Shown here in pieces: positions 26,039-38,709 of a DNA stretch of 64,000 nucleotides (within the stretch, counting starts at the first letter, position 1; every line of letters begins with the position of its first letter). The position numbers and the translations under genes are program-made. The notes beneath the pieces are model-generated. The model was given only the letters and a program-made list of their open reading frames with translations. It was not told where the DNA came from and ran no database searches. This DNA is from Eledone cirrhosa (lineage: Eukaryota), in assembly GCA_964016885.1 (NCBI GenBank), contig OZ024742.1, positions 274,846,001 to 274,910,000 on the forward strand, given 5' to 3'.

Positions 26039-28295
26039 TCAGCATAATACCAACCTAACAGAATCAAAGGCCTTCCTAAAGTCAATGAAAATGTTGGCAG
26101 CAAGAAGGCTCTTTGCTCTAGCTTCCTCTAATATCCTCCTCAGTATCAGGATGTGACTGGTGATTGATCTTCCCTCTCTGAAGCCGTTCTTATTGTCCCT
26201 GAGCTTTTTTTCCATCTCGGGGTGGATCCTGTTGAGAATCATCCCGTTGATGGTCTTTGCAACAGGTGACATCAGTGATATGGCCCTGTAGCTGTGATAT
26301 CTCCATTCTTTGGCACTGAGAGGATGTTACTGATCATTCACTGATTCGAGGCAACACCTTTCTCCAGTGCCTGGTTAGAGAACTCCAGTATGATATCATC
26401 ATAATCACAACACTTCATCACCTCTGATGCCACTCCATCTTCTCCATGGGCCTTGCCCTGATTGATCGTCCTCTTGACTCGCTGAGGCTCCTCTCTGGCA
26501 AAGGGTCCTGTCTCAATATCCAGTTCCTCAAAGAGCTGTCTGATCTCCCCAGTGTTCTGAGCTGTGTAGGGCGAATCTCCTAGTAGGGTCCCAAAATGTT
26601 GAGCTATTTTCTCTCTCTATCCTCTGGCTCTGTTCCCTGGATCTGACTCGAAACCCCTCTCTTTGATCTCGTTGATGATCGTCCAGCTCTCTTTTCACCT
26701 AGACCTGTCAACCGCTCTCTCCACACTTTTGATCTTCTCTATCAGCGCCTCCTTTCTGGCCTCAGTGTAAGCGGTACAAAGTTCTCCCCTCATCACCTCC
26801 GTATTTTCCTTCCTTTCGTCCGTAGGATCAGTATTGAATTGGTCCTTTGCAGCTTTCAGTTGTTCTCTGTCTGCACACACTTTTGGGTCTGCAGATCTGA
26901 CGTGCTTCGTCTTGTTCTTTCTGCTCAGGCACCAGGGTCTCATTTGCTTCTACCACTGCATTGGTGAAGTACTCGTACCTCCTCGTCATACTCTCCTCAG
27001 TCCCTCCAATCTCTCTATCATTTGCCTCTCCATAAAGAGCACCGAACCTGTTCCTCACTTCTACTATATACCTCTCCTGTAGCTTATCATATTCCTTGAA
27101 AGCATTTCAATCATAGATTGCTCTCCGGGGCTGAGCCTTACTCTTTCTTAAGCTCACCAGGACCTCACTCATAAGAAGCCGATGGTCACTGCCCAGTGTA
27201 CTGAAATAATTGTATGGTTCTGTGTTCAGAACACTATTCCGCCACTTTTTCCTCATCGGAATGAAATCAATCTAGGACTTGGACAGGTGCATATCAGAGA
27301 TGTAGTCCACATCTTCCCAGGATTCTTCCAAAACGTTAGATTGGTTGCCATCAAGTTCGCCTCCAGTTGGGTGTCCGTCAGTAGTCTTCCATTTCGGTTG
27401 GGGTTGTTATGGAAGTACCAGCAAGGATCTTCATTGCTCTCCTTACTCAGATGTGCATTGAAGTCCCCCAGAACAAGCAGGGTAGTATGAGCTGGTGTGG
27501 ATTTCACAGCTCTACACACTTTTTCATGGAACTCATCTGCATTCACATCACTGTCTCTCTCGGTTGGACTATAGGCTGAGATGACTGTTGGTCTAGGGTT
27601 TCCATTGAAGGTGACCCTCAACACTCGCGGGGAGACAGGTATGATTTCTCCCACCATTAGACTGATTTTTGCACTGAACACAAAAATCCACTCCTCCTAA
27701 TCCAGCATTCGTTGTGTACCTCACTGCTGATGTGGTGGTCAGCTGGCTCCCCTTCCCAATCATCACTGTCTACACGGGCTCATCATATAGGATCCTGTGT
27801 TCTTGGATAGCAAGTATCTGCATACTACTCTCCTCAAAGAAGTAACTTAACACCTCTCTCTTTTCTAGCGTCCGAACTGTCCCCACATTCAGAGTGCCCA
27901 TTTTAATGGTTCTTCTGCAGGACAGAACTGTATTCTTTACATTTGTCTCAAAGACAGCTGATCCATCATCAACTGGCCCTCCCTGTGGCTCTAAACCAGC
28001 AGAGTGTTAACGACCAGACTGCTCTTTGACAGTGTAGTTAGGGGCTCAAACCTTAGTGCTGTTAAATACACTCTCCATGGGCCTTTTAAATAGCTGATAA
28101 TACCTTACCGGCACCATTCGAATAGGGTAATTATGTAACTCATAAATGGGGCCCTAACAGGTACTACTACTCAGGGCCAGAGCTGTCCTGGGAGTGATAA
28201 CAACTAAGGGGTTACTCCACATTCCCCACAGCTCCTGAACTCCCGAACTGGAACCTTGCCACTGGATGTAGTTTAATGTCATACCCAGGACACGT
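26039..28295 (-). mobile_element. APE-type (RTE-like) LINE: 5' leader, APE endonuclease and RT N-terminus; 3' part missing
   Basis: GTLNV near 27890, TVISAYSPT, LGDFNAH, NRNG (ORF 27253); NGFREGRS and FIDFRKAFDSV (ORF 26039). Confidence 0.85.
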
Positions 28296-28459
28296 TATAC
28301 TTTATATACTTCATATACATTATAAAACTCTTTTTTTAAATAATTGTGCCTCTCATTTTTTCAATAATGTCACTTTGGCGAATCAAAGAAAGGAAAAAAA
28401 AAGAAAAACAGACCCTTAAATATATTTTCCGTGATATTTCTAGTTCAACACTCTCTCTC

Positions 28460-28512
<53 letters not shown>

Positions 28513-29064
28513 AAATAATACAGCCAATTTTCCACGCAATACTTTTAGTTAGCACCCCGAACACATAATTGGGAATATAATCACTTATTTCCTAATGTTT
28601 GTTGAGTGAGTTGGAATTTGGCCGGAGTATCGCTAAAAAGCTTTCTCCGATATTGTATTTATTTACTTACTCTTGGCGCAGCAGATTTGAAAAAAATTCC
28701 CGGTATAAGGTTAGCATTTATTTGTTTATTTTTTATATATGAATATTGATTGTTCCTTATATCTCATTCTGTTATTTTGCCCGAGAAAATATCTGTGGGT
28801 GTCATCAAATGTTGTACACACATAGATATTTTTTCAATTTCCAATTGAGTTCTTAGCACGTGGCCTGAATTCCTTTCAGAGTTCATTTTCACGCGCATGT
28901 ATTGTTTTTTTTGGCGGTAATTCACTTTCTCATTTTTTGAATCAGTTCGAGCACTTCTTTCAGAACTGTTGGACTGGCTACCTGACAGATACCTCAGGCA
29001 CAGAAAGTGATTATCGCTAAATGCTGATGTTGGTTAGATTATCAATATTAGTATTATTAGGGCA

Positions 29065-29191
29065 CCCACTGATGAATTATAGGAGCCCACTTGAATATAT
29101 ATCTATTGATGGTATACAAGCTCCTACATAAATTGGCATAGTTTCACCCAAATTGTAGGAGTCCTATAATGAAACGAAACGTCCGTCTGAG
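29065..29191 (+). ncRNA. Type I hammerhead with a large branched stem II (unit 1)
   Basis: CCCA CTGATGA ATTATAGGA[77 nt, two hairpins]TCCTATAAT GAAA CG AAACGTC CG TC TGAG. Cleavage predicted after C29187. Confidence 0.85.
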
Positions 29192-29772
29192 AAGAGATAT
29201 ATTAGATATGTCTCATTTGAAATAATACAGCCAATTTTCTACGCAATAATTTTAGTTAGCACCCCGAACACATAATTGGGAATATAATCACTTATTTCCT
29301 AATGTTTGTTGAGTGAGTTGGAATTTGGCCGGCGTATCGCTAAAAAGCTTTCTCCGATATTGTATTTATTTACTTACTCTTGGCGTAGCAGATTTGAAAA
29401 AGATTCCCGGTATAAGGTTAGCATTTCTTTGTTTATTTTTTATATATGAATATTGATTGTTCCTTATATCTCATTCTGTTATTTTGCCCGAGAAAATATC
29501 TGTGGGTGTCATCAAATGTTGTACACACATAGATATTTTTTCAATTTCCAATTAAATTCTTAGCACGTGGCCTGAATTCTATTCAGAGTTCATTGTCACG
29601 CGCATGTATTGTTTTTTTGGGGCGGTAATTCACTTCCTCATTTTTTGAATCAGTTCGAGCACTTCTTTCAGAACTGCTGGACTGGCTACCTGACAGATAC
29701 CTCAGGCACAGAAAGTGATTATCGCTAAATGCTGATGTTGGTTAGATTATCAATATTAGTATTATTGGGGCA

Positions 29773-29899
29773 CCCACTGATGAATTATAGGAGCCCACTT
29801 GAATATATATCTATTGATGGTATACAAGCTTCTACATAAATTGGTATAATTTCACCCAAATTGTAGGAGTCCTATAATGAAATGAGACGTCCGTCTGGG
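29773..29899 (+). ncRNA. Type I hammerhead with a large branched stem II (unit 2)
   Basis: Same fold with stem I CCCA/TGGG perfect. Cleavage predicted after C29895, 708 nt from the first site. Confidence 0.85.
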
Positions 29900-30099
29900 A
29901 AGAGATATATTAGATATGTCTCATTTGAAATAATACAGCCAATTTTCCACGCAATACTTTTAGTTAGCACCCCGAACATATAATTGGGAATATAATCACT
30001 TATTTCCTAATGTTTGTTGAGTGAGTTGGAATTTAGCCGGAGTATCGCTAAAAAGCTTTCTCCGATATTGTATTTATTATATATATATATATATATATA

Positions 30100-32160
30100 T
30101 ATGAGGGTGTTAAAGTTTGCTTGAAGCATTGTGACATGTGTAAAATACGTAGTTAAGAAAGCCACAACAATGCAGAGGGAAATCTCGAGGTAGGAAGTGG
30201 ATGATAGATAGGAGAAACAGGTGAAAGTGAAAATTGAGAGAGACAAAGATGAAAACAAAACAAAGGTAGAAGGGTTACCGTAGTGGAGATTTAATCCCAA
30301 TATTTCGGGCTCACGCCCATCAACGGGGGAAAGTTCCAAAAGGGGAGGAACAGGCCAAGCGGAGAAAGTTGTGATGTCGTTAAGACAGGAATGCCGTTAT
30401 GGGGGAGAAAATTATTTAAAATTTAAATGAGGGAGAGAATACGCGTGCGCGTGATAGGCTGTGGCAAAAGCTACTGACCAAATGGGTTAAATCAAGAGGG
30501 TGCGCTAGCGTGTGAAAGCCGTAAGATATGTGTGTGTAACTGTGTGTGTATAAGTGTAAGTGTGTATATGTGTGAGTGTGTGTGTGTGTGAAAGATAGTG
30601 GGCTGTAGAAGCTGGAAATCAAAGGGTGTGAAAGGTGGTAGGTTGTAAAACATGTGTGCGTGTATAAATATAGATGTGTGTGTGTAAGCGTATGGGTATA
30701 CATGTGTGTGTAACTGTGTGTGTATATGTGTGAGTGCGTGTGTGTGTGAAAGATAGTGGGCTGTAGAAGCTGGAAATCAAAGGGTGTGAAAGGTGGTAGG
30801 TTGTAAAAACATGTGTGCGTGTATGAATATAGATGTGTGTGTGTATGCGTATGGGTATGCATATACGTGCGTGTGTGTGAAGATAGCAGGCCGTAGGCTG
30901 TGAATGGTCACTATGGTTAAGTTAGCCATGTCAGCTCATTTCTCTCAGCCCGGTTGTTAAGTGGGGGTCTGAGGTTCTTAATAACAAGTGCTTCCTTTAT
31001 CCTTAAGGATCCGATGCTGCGTTCAGTCGCTAGGACTGTGACCAAGGGTCTACCCTGTGGGTTTCCGCATTTAAGGATGTGTTTACGGAAGGAAGATGCG
31101 TTGGTGTTGATATGTTCCTTGATACGAACATGTAGGGGTCGGATGGTGCTACCTATGTAAAACTTGTTACATTTATCGCATTGAATCTTATATACGACAT
31201 AGGTGCGTAGGCAATCTGCCCTCCGTATCGGGCAGTTGCTGGGGGAACACGTCCCATCTGACTCGTCGGGTTTGTTGGAGAGGCATCTTCGCAGCGAAGG
31301 TCCTGTGTGGGCCAAATGTATGTCAAGTCCCTCCGTCCGTATGGCCCTGCGGATGGCGTTCGTGGTATATTCACTCAGGTGGGGGATTTTAAAGAAGCAC
31401 CTGCTTTTATTTAAGTTTCTAGTGGGTGTCTGTCTATTGGGTCTGGGGTCTCTAATTCCGTTAATCAGTCGCTTGGGATAACCATTAGATCTGAGTAGAT
31501 TACGGAATTGCGTGGTATGGGTGAGACCACCCATCGCGTCGCTGCATCTGTTAGTGATCCGTGTCAGTGCATTTAGGACATAGCCTCTCTTAGCGTTGTT
31601 GGGGAGGGCTGAGTTATAATGCACAAATAAGTCCTTGCACGCTGCTTTGCGGTAGAAGGTGGTGTTTATGTCTCCTTCTTCCGAGATGTTGATACGGAAG
31701 TCGAGGAGGGCGAGTGACCCGTCTTCTCCTGGGTGTTCGATGGTGAAATCGACGTGATGGTCAGTATCGTTGAAGATTTGGTGAATTTCATTCGCCATCT
31801 CCCGGGAAGAAGTAAGTATCAGGATGTCATCAACGTATCTGGTGTAGAAGGCGACGGCGTTGGGTTGGCAGGTATTGAGTGCCTTGCGTTCCAGGTGGTC
31901 CATGTACGAGATCGCAAGTATGCCGGACAGACTAGAGCCCATAGGTAGCCCAGAGATTTGTTTGTACGTGTGGCCGAGGAAATTGAAGAGTGCATTATCC
32001 ACAACGAAGGAGAGGAGTTGGTGGATGTCCGTGTGTGTGAGTCCGAAGCAGTGTAAGTTAGATGCTCGGACTCGTTCGGTCAACAGGTCGACAGCTGGGG
32101 ATGCTGGTACGGAGGTATAAAGGGCGACCACATCAAGACTGAAGGCATAACCGTTGTCCT
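30100..32160 (-). mobile_element. 5'-truncated Penelope/Poseidon-like PLE with a 3' UTR tandem repeat and a degenerate HHR (30295-30330)
   Basis: Contains ORF 30917-32131. The motif reads TCCC CCGTTGA T GGGC GTGA GCCC GAAA TATT GGGA; ~170-bp units repeat at ~30530-30890. Confidence 0.88.
30917..32131 (-). CDS. PLE reverse transcriptase plus GIY-YIG endonuclease (N-truncated, uninterrupted 404 aa)
   Basis: (FSLD)VVALY, QISGLPMGS, YTRYVDD, YRK, NGYP, VVYKIQCDKCNKFYIGSTIRPLHVRIKEH, KEA, LN. Confidence 0.9.
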   Translation of the reverse strand: MVALYTSVPASPAVDLLTERVRASNLHCFGLTHTDIHQLLSFVVDNALFNFLGHTYKQISGLPMGSSLSGILAISYMDHLERKALNTCQPNAVAFYTRYVDDILILTSSREMANEIHQIFNDTDHHVDFTIEHPGEDGSLALLDFRINISEEGDINTTFYRKAACKDLFVHYNSALPNNAKRGYVLNALTRITNRCSDAMGGLTHTTQFRNLLRSNGYPKRLINGIRDPRPNRQTPTRNLNKSRCFFKIPHLSEYTTNAIRRAIRTEGLDIHLAHTGPSLRRCLSNKPDESDGTCSPSNCPIRRADCLRTYVVYKIQCDKCNKFYIGSTIRPLHVRIKEHINTNASSFRKHILKCGNPQGRPLVTVLATERSIGSLRIKEALVIKNLRPPLNNRAERNELTWLT

Positions 32161-32555
32161 TTCTGGTACCCTATTCACGCCACTGGGACGAAGCTGGCGT
32201 GATGTGTGTATTTGTATTAAATGCAAAACGTGCTAATAGTTAGTCACAGATTTGAATTTGATGTGTAAATACAGATAGTTAAGTCTTATTCCTTGTAGAA
32301 AATCCACGATTTGGCAACTATCGTTTACCAATCGATTAATTGGTGAAATATATTTCTTTAATGAAATATATACAAGGAAGATTAATCTGTTTATAAGGTA
32401 TCTATTTTTGAAGTTCTAGTTAAACTTTAATTAGTTACCCACATAGCTGTGTGTGCTTACACAATATTACAGATTATCCCCTTTGATTGTTTCATATGTT
32501 TATTTTAGATATATATATATGTCAATCAATTTCTAGTTGATATATATATATATAT

Positions 32556-32747
32556 AACGAAGGAGTTGTGGTAAGGAACCAGATGGACCATAACGCACCA
32601 GAGTCCTCAATACTTAGTGTAGTAGAGTGGGTAACAGGAAAATGTATGACCCCGACGGCAGAGCTCAGGCCGTTTCGACGGCTATTTCTGGACTCCAGAA
32701 ATAGCCGTCGAAACGGCTTGAGTTCTGAGTTCGGGGTCATACATTTT

Positions 32748-32750
<3 letters not shown>
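32556..32750. repeat. Fold-back element (palindrome 32636-32750) holding the 3' half of a hammerhead; homolog at 38486-38680
   Basis: Near-perfect palindrome centred at 32693; contains GCCGTC GAAA CGGC..GAGCTC.GCCG TC GGGGTC. Confidence 0.8.
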
Positions 32751-32843
<93 letters not shown>

Positions 32844-32850
32844 TATATAT

Positions 32851-34410
32851 ATCACCTTGATCACCTTGACCGACCAGTCTGTCGGGCGTCCATTCAGCGC
32901 CGCTGGTCACAGCACGCCGTCCATTCCTCTCTGGATCGTGCTTTCCTCATACATGTAGTCCCTATCGGATTCTTAAAATCGTAACTCCACCTGCCGGGAA
33001 TGTACAGCCGTTGCCGTCACTCCAACACGAAGAAAATGTGCCACCCATCCTTGTCAGTGAGGTCGAAAGAGCCGTCGGCTTGATGAAAAACGGAAAGGCG
33101 CCAGGGAAATACGGCATAACATTGGAGGTATTGAAGTCAGGCGGAGAGCAGCTCTTGAAAATCCTTGCCGAGCGATTCACACACTATCTGGACGAGGGAA
33201 GAATATCCTCGCAGTGGAAAGAGTCGAGCACCCTCCTGCTATACAAGAAAGGCGAAGAACTAGCGACCCATATGCCTGCTGTCTCACGTGTACAAGCTGT
33301 TTACGAAGATAATCCTGAACAGGTTATCACGTCATCTGGACGAACAGCAACCGAGAGAGCAAGCCGGCTTCCGGAAAAACTACAGAACGATGGACCACAT
33401 ATTTACTCTGACACAACTGCTTGAGCGAGAAAAAGAGTACAAGATGCCTCTTTGCGTCGCGTTCGTAGACTACGAGAAGGCCTTCGACAGCGTCGAAATC
33501 AACGCAGTGCTGATCTCGCTGCAGAGGCAAGGAGTCGAGACGCAATACGTTCAACTGCTCAGGGAGGCGAGTTCCAGATGCACCACCGACATAGCTCTGC
33601 TGTCATCACCCGTACGAGTGCCGGTCGAGAAGGGAATGAAGCAAGGAGATACGATCTCTCCAAAACTTTTCACCGCGTGTCTCGAGCAGATCATCAGAGG
33701 CATTGGCTGTCAAGGCGGTGTCAACATCAACGACGAGATACTTACCCACCTCCGTTTCGTTGACGACATCGTACTCATCGCTGAAACCACGGATCAGCTT
33801 CAGACCATGTTGACGGAGCTCGACATCAAAAGCACTGCAGTAGGCCTCAAGATGAACCGCATGAAAACGAAGTTCATGCGGTCCGACAACGTACCAACAG
33901 GTCGAATGGTGGTTGGCGGTGATGAAATAGAGGAGGTGGAGGAATACGTCTATCTGGGACAAGAAGTGAACATGCTCCGAGACATTGAGAGGGAAATCTC
34001 GCGGAGAGTAAGGGCCGGTTGGAAGGCGTTCAACGGTATAAAGGATGTGCTCAAGGGGAGGTTGGACAAGACCACCCGCGCCAACCTCTTCAATAGCACA
34101 GTTTTACCTCCAATGTTATATGGCAGTGAAACTTGGGCTACAACGAAGAGAGTAGAGCAGAGGCTGGTAACGGCTCAAAGAGCCATGTAGAGAACAATGC
34201 TAGGAATATCGTGGAGAGAGCACAACAGGAGCTAAGTCATCAGACAGACGTCCGGCGTGAGAGACGTCATCACGGAATATATGCGCAGCAAGTTCAGATG
34301 GGCTGGACGCGTCGCTCGGTTCACCGATAATCGGTGGACCCGAGCAGTTGCCGAGTGGTACCCGCGCGAGCGGAAACCACCACTCGGAAGGCCTCCACGA
34401 GGGTGAAGTT
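32851..34410 (+). mobile_element. RTE-clade LINE with an inversion: RT body on + (32960-34410), 3' end and (caaggtgat)n tail on - (32851-32960)
   Basis: QPREQAGFR, FVDYEKAFDSV, KQGDTISPKLF, HLRFVDD, YVYLGQ, LYGSETW, WAGRVAR, GRPP. Minus-strand 32960-32851 encodes ARSREEW..* followed by a tandem tail. Confidence 0.9.
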
Positions 34411-34411
34411 G

Positions 34412-34490
<79 letters not shown>

Positions 34491-34497
<7 letters not shown>

Positions 34498-35421
34498 AAT
34501 TAATATCTAGTAACATATATATACATACAGATGCATATCAATGCTAGCAAATATATAGGTTTTGTCTTAGTAACTTTGTGGTTCAATGCATGGGGTTGCA
34601 GAACAATAATATGAGAGACGTAAAATAAGAAAATTATAAAATTAACTTACTTACTAAAATATCACTTCCAACTAATTAGTTTCTGGAATGGAATAAATAT
34701 ATTTTCCGAAGAAGATACAGAGAAGCATTCCGTCGTCAGGGAGGTCTATTATCATCTAAGTATCCAAGCAAAGCGTGGACACTGGAAACTTATTAAAAAA
34801 AATAATTCAGTGGATAGGAAATAGCAAAGCGTGGACTGAATTCCTAGCCATTGAGAAAATCACTGCCTCTGCGTCGGTGGCAAATTCAAAAAGAATCAAT
34901 CACGTGACATCGAGGTCAATCAGTGGAAAGTGGTTTGCTAATAAGACAGCGGCCTGCTACCATAGCAGCAGTCATGGCTAATATTGCTCGACAAATAATT
35001 TGGAGATAATTATAAAGAATTAATATCTAGTAACATATATATACATACAGATGCATATCAATGCTAGCAAATATATAGGTTTTGTCTTAGTAACTTTGTG
35101 GTTCAATGCATGGGGTTGCAGAACAATAATATGAGAGACGTAAAATAACAAAAATTATAAAATTAACTTACTTACTAAAATATCACTTCCAACTAATTAG
35201 TTTCTGGAATGGAATAAATATATTTTCCGAAGAAGATACAGAGAAGCATTCCGTCGTCAGGGAGGTCTTTGCCTGGATACTTAGATGAGAATAGACCTCC
35301 CTGACGACGGAATGCTTCTCTGTATCTTCTTCGGAAAATATATTTATTCCATTCCAGAAACTAATTAGTTGGAAGTGATATTTTAGTAAGTAAGTTAATT
35401 TTATAATTTTCTTATTTTACG

Positions 35422-35430
<9 letters not shown>
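34491..35430 (-). mobile_element. Retrozyme-like element: 520-bp monomer x1.5 plus an inverted fragment; three HHR copies (34664-34745 -, 35185-35266 -, 35295-35376 +)
   Basis: tataaagaattaatatctag occurs at 34491 and 35011. HHR reads ACCTCC CTGACGA CGGAATG...CATTCCA GAA ACTAATTAGT T GGAAGT. Confidence 0.75.
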
Positions 35431-35513
<83 letters not shown>

Positions 35514-35576
35514 TGGTAGAACACTGGAAGGTAATATCCGTAGTGGTAGAGCACTCAGTCCATGGGAAGAGTTAGG

Positions 35577-36512
35577 TAGAAGTGGTTACACAACAGTTAG
35601 TTCACCATACCGAGAACAATTGTTTCAGCTTAGCGGATCCTCAGCTCGTAATAGACATGGTTATACGGAACAGGAAGGACAACCGTACGAACGCGCATGG
35701 GCAGAAACGATCGCTTCGAGGGGTGTAAGGGAGATAACTGCGAAAGTTCGAAAGTTTCTAGTTGATAAGAAAATTAGGATGCTGTTGTAATTCAATCCGG
35801 AGCTTTGTAGTTATGTAAGAGGTGTTTCCAGACGTCTGGAAAACGTGTTAAGAATTCAGTTCTCGTGTTTAGGCAAACACTATTGTGTAATCTCTTTAGA
35901 ATATTTATTCTTTCATCAATACATAGTCCACACGACGGATTGCCCCTTGCGTATGGCTTGGAGTTAGTGATGGCTTTCTATTGAATGGAGTAGTCTATAC
36001 TTGAGTCCTTGAGGGACCATATGTGGCTCGCAAGTTTCGTGGATGAACGGCTGTCCGGGTACCTAAAGGTCGACTGGTGGTTCAGGACGCGTTCCTTAAA
36101 TCGGCCCTCCGCCATACCCACATAGGATTTGACCTCCTGTGATTGATTTGGTCGGTTGGAAGTGACCAGAGCTTCATAAACTACAACGGGTTGAAGGCAA
36201 TAGCACCCTGGTGGGGTGTTGCTCTTAGGGCTGTTGGTGATGTGGGCCTTCGTGTTCTTAGCGCAGGAGTATCCTAGTTTTATTTGTGTCGGTTAAAGAT
36301 GGAGGGGTATTTCGGACTTTCGCAGTTATCTCCCTTACAGCTCTCGCACGCAATTTAGTATTGCCTGTGTGAAGTGATCGTTTCTACCCATGCGCGTTCG
36401 TACGGTTGTCCTTTTCCTGTTCCGTATAACCATGTCCATTACGAGCTGAGGATCCGCTAAGGTGAAACAATTGTTCTCAGTATGGTGAACTAACTGTTGT
36501 GTAACCACTTCT
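35577..36512 (-). mobile_element. Compact PLE GIY-YIG remnant with inverted pLTRs, each with an HHR (35611-35648 -, 36443-36478 +)
   Basis: Minus strand VVYEA..YVGMAEGRFKERVLNHQSTF...LASHIWSLKD...CGLC. HHR reads GAG CTGAGGA T CC GCTAA GG T GAA ACAATTGT T CTC. Confidence 0.8.
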
Positions 36513-37639
36513 ATATATATATGTACACATATATACTAGTTCTTAACTAATTCTACACAGTAGCCATACTACTATTATCACTATTACCACTATTACTACC
36601 ATAGCACAGTAGCCAACTGCCACTCCTAACTAACTAAGGTATCATCGACCATGGTTGCTACAGGAAACAATTCTATCAGACACAGCAACATATCTACAAA
36701 GTCAAACACTGACTGACCTGATTCCTGTCCAAGTTGAAGTCAAATCTCAGAGAATGCCACTACTAAGGAATTCAAATGACTTGATGATGTTGCGACTAAA
36801 TGTGACCAATAGATAGTGGCCCTTTTGCTAATGCTGTGAGGATTTTTATTCTATGATATATGTTACCTGTGCTTTGAGAGAGGACACCACATATCAGCAT
36901 ATAAATGGTTCGAGACAACAGGTGTAAGTATTTCATATTTATATTTTTCTGGGAGCGGGGTTAATTTCAACTTCTTGTTGTCTGATGAAATCATACCTGT
37001 TGTATAACGGTTATCATCGAAATATATATAAAAGGGAACATGAATAAACGTAGTGAATTATAACATGTTGATTTAAACTTTATAATTATAAATATACTCC
37101 GGAGTAAACAGACCCATTTGTGTACATCGTCGAATGCTCTACCCTGCTTAATAAAGTGTCAGCGTTAAGCTAATACATACTCTAATTATAATTTCACTAC
37201 ATATCTGTTGAACGATTCATACTGTAGTAGACTAAAGTAGCAATGGATAAACTTACCACACTAGCCTATTTAAAGGATAACCCATTACGAGACAAATCGG
37301 AGTACACCTAGCTTCTTGTTGACTCCCTCACCCCAAAGGCTGCTTTGGAGTGTTTTCTACTTTGGCCGGGGAAAACCCAAGGATACCAACAAACACAATT
37401 TGGAGTACATGTTTAAATCAATATCTCCTCCTCATTTAGAGGAATTTTAAAATAAGATAATTAACATCAAAATAAGATAATTAACATCAAACCTTAAATT
37501 CTCTTGTAGCTCTTTCCTTGGTCGGGAGTACCTGAGAAGCTTAAATAATGGGATCATCAAACTAAAAGAATTGGCCAGATGAATTGTCCATGCTGAAACC
37601 AAAAATAAACTAATATTGGAAATATCTTTACAGACACAC

Positions 37640-38045
<406 letters not shown>

Positions 38046-38254
38046 ACAATATATTAACAAATGGAAACTATATTTATAAAACCATATTTATTTTATTATA
38101 CATATTTCAAGGGCCACCAAGGAAAATTATGGTGCGCTTTCATTAGATAAAATACAATACAGATTAGTTTATAAATAAATATTGAAGCTCCAACCGTTAA
38201 GGTTGTCTTTTTTCAGGGTATGTCAATATTTATTTATAAAACTAATCTGTATTG

Positions 38255-38320
38255 TATTTTATCTGATGAAAGCGCACCATAATTTGCTTTGGTGGCCCTT
38301 GAAATATGTATAATAAAATA
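38255..38320 (+). ncRNA. Type I hammerhead with intact core; inverted twin at 38089-38154 (-) carries G5A
   Basis: TATTTTAT CTGATGA AAGCGCACCA..TGGTGGCCCTT GAA ATATGTAT A ATAAAATA, within inverted arms ~38042-38184 / ~38222-38366. Confidence 0.8.
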
Positions 38321-38450
38321 AATATGATTTATAAATATAGTTTCCATTTGTTAATATATTGTATATTTACTCCACTAAACTGTTGAGCGCTTTATATCAG
38401 TTATAAAAATGTTTAAGCTTGTTGAATCCCAACAAATTAAATATAACCCC

Positions 38451-38490
<40 letters not shown>

Positions 38491-38678
38491 AACGAGTAGG
38501 ACCCAGACGGCTGAGCTCAAGCCGTTTCGACGGCTAATTCTGGACTGAATTAGCCGTCGAAACGGCTTGAGCTCAGCCGTCGGGGTCCTACTCGTTCCTA
38601 TTACCCACTCTACTACCCTAAGTATTGAGTACTTTGGTGCGTTATGGTCCACCTGGTTCCTTACCACATTTCCTTCGT

Positions 38679-38709
<31 letters not shown>

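Larger units (their letters stand above)
28511..30077 (+). mobile_element. Retrozyme-like tandem array: 707/708-bp non-coding monomer x2.2 between (TA)n tracts
   Basis: tgaaataatacagccaattt occurs at 28511, 29218 and 29926. One HHR per full unit; no ORF of 60 aa or more within the units. Confidence 0.85.

Noticed and set aside
28511-30077. Tandem arrays as a CRISPR array or simple satellite
   Set aside because: No short repeat-spacer pattern, eukaryotic context, low copy number and one ribozyme per unit.
36972-37040. CTGATGA...GAAATATATATA
   Set aside because: Core words are present but stem I and the stem II base pair poorly; left uncounted.
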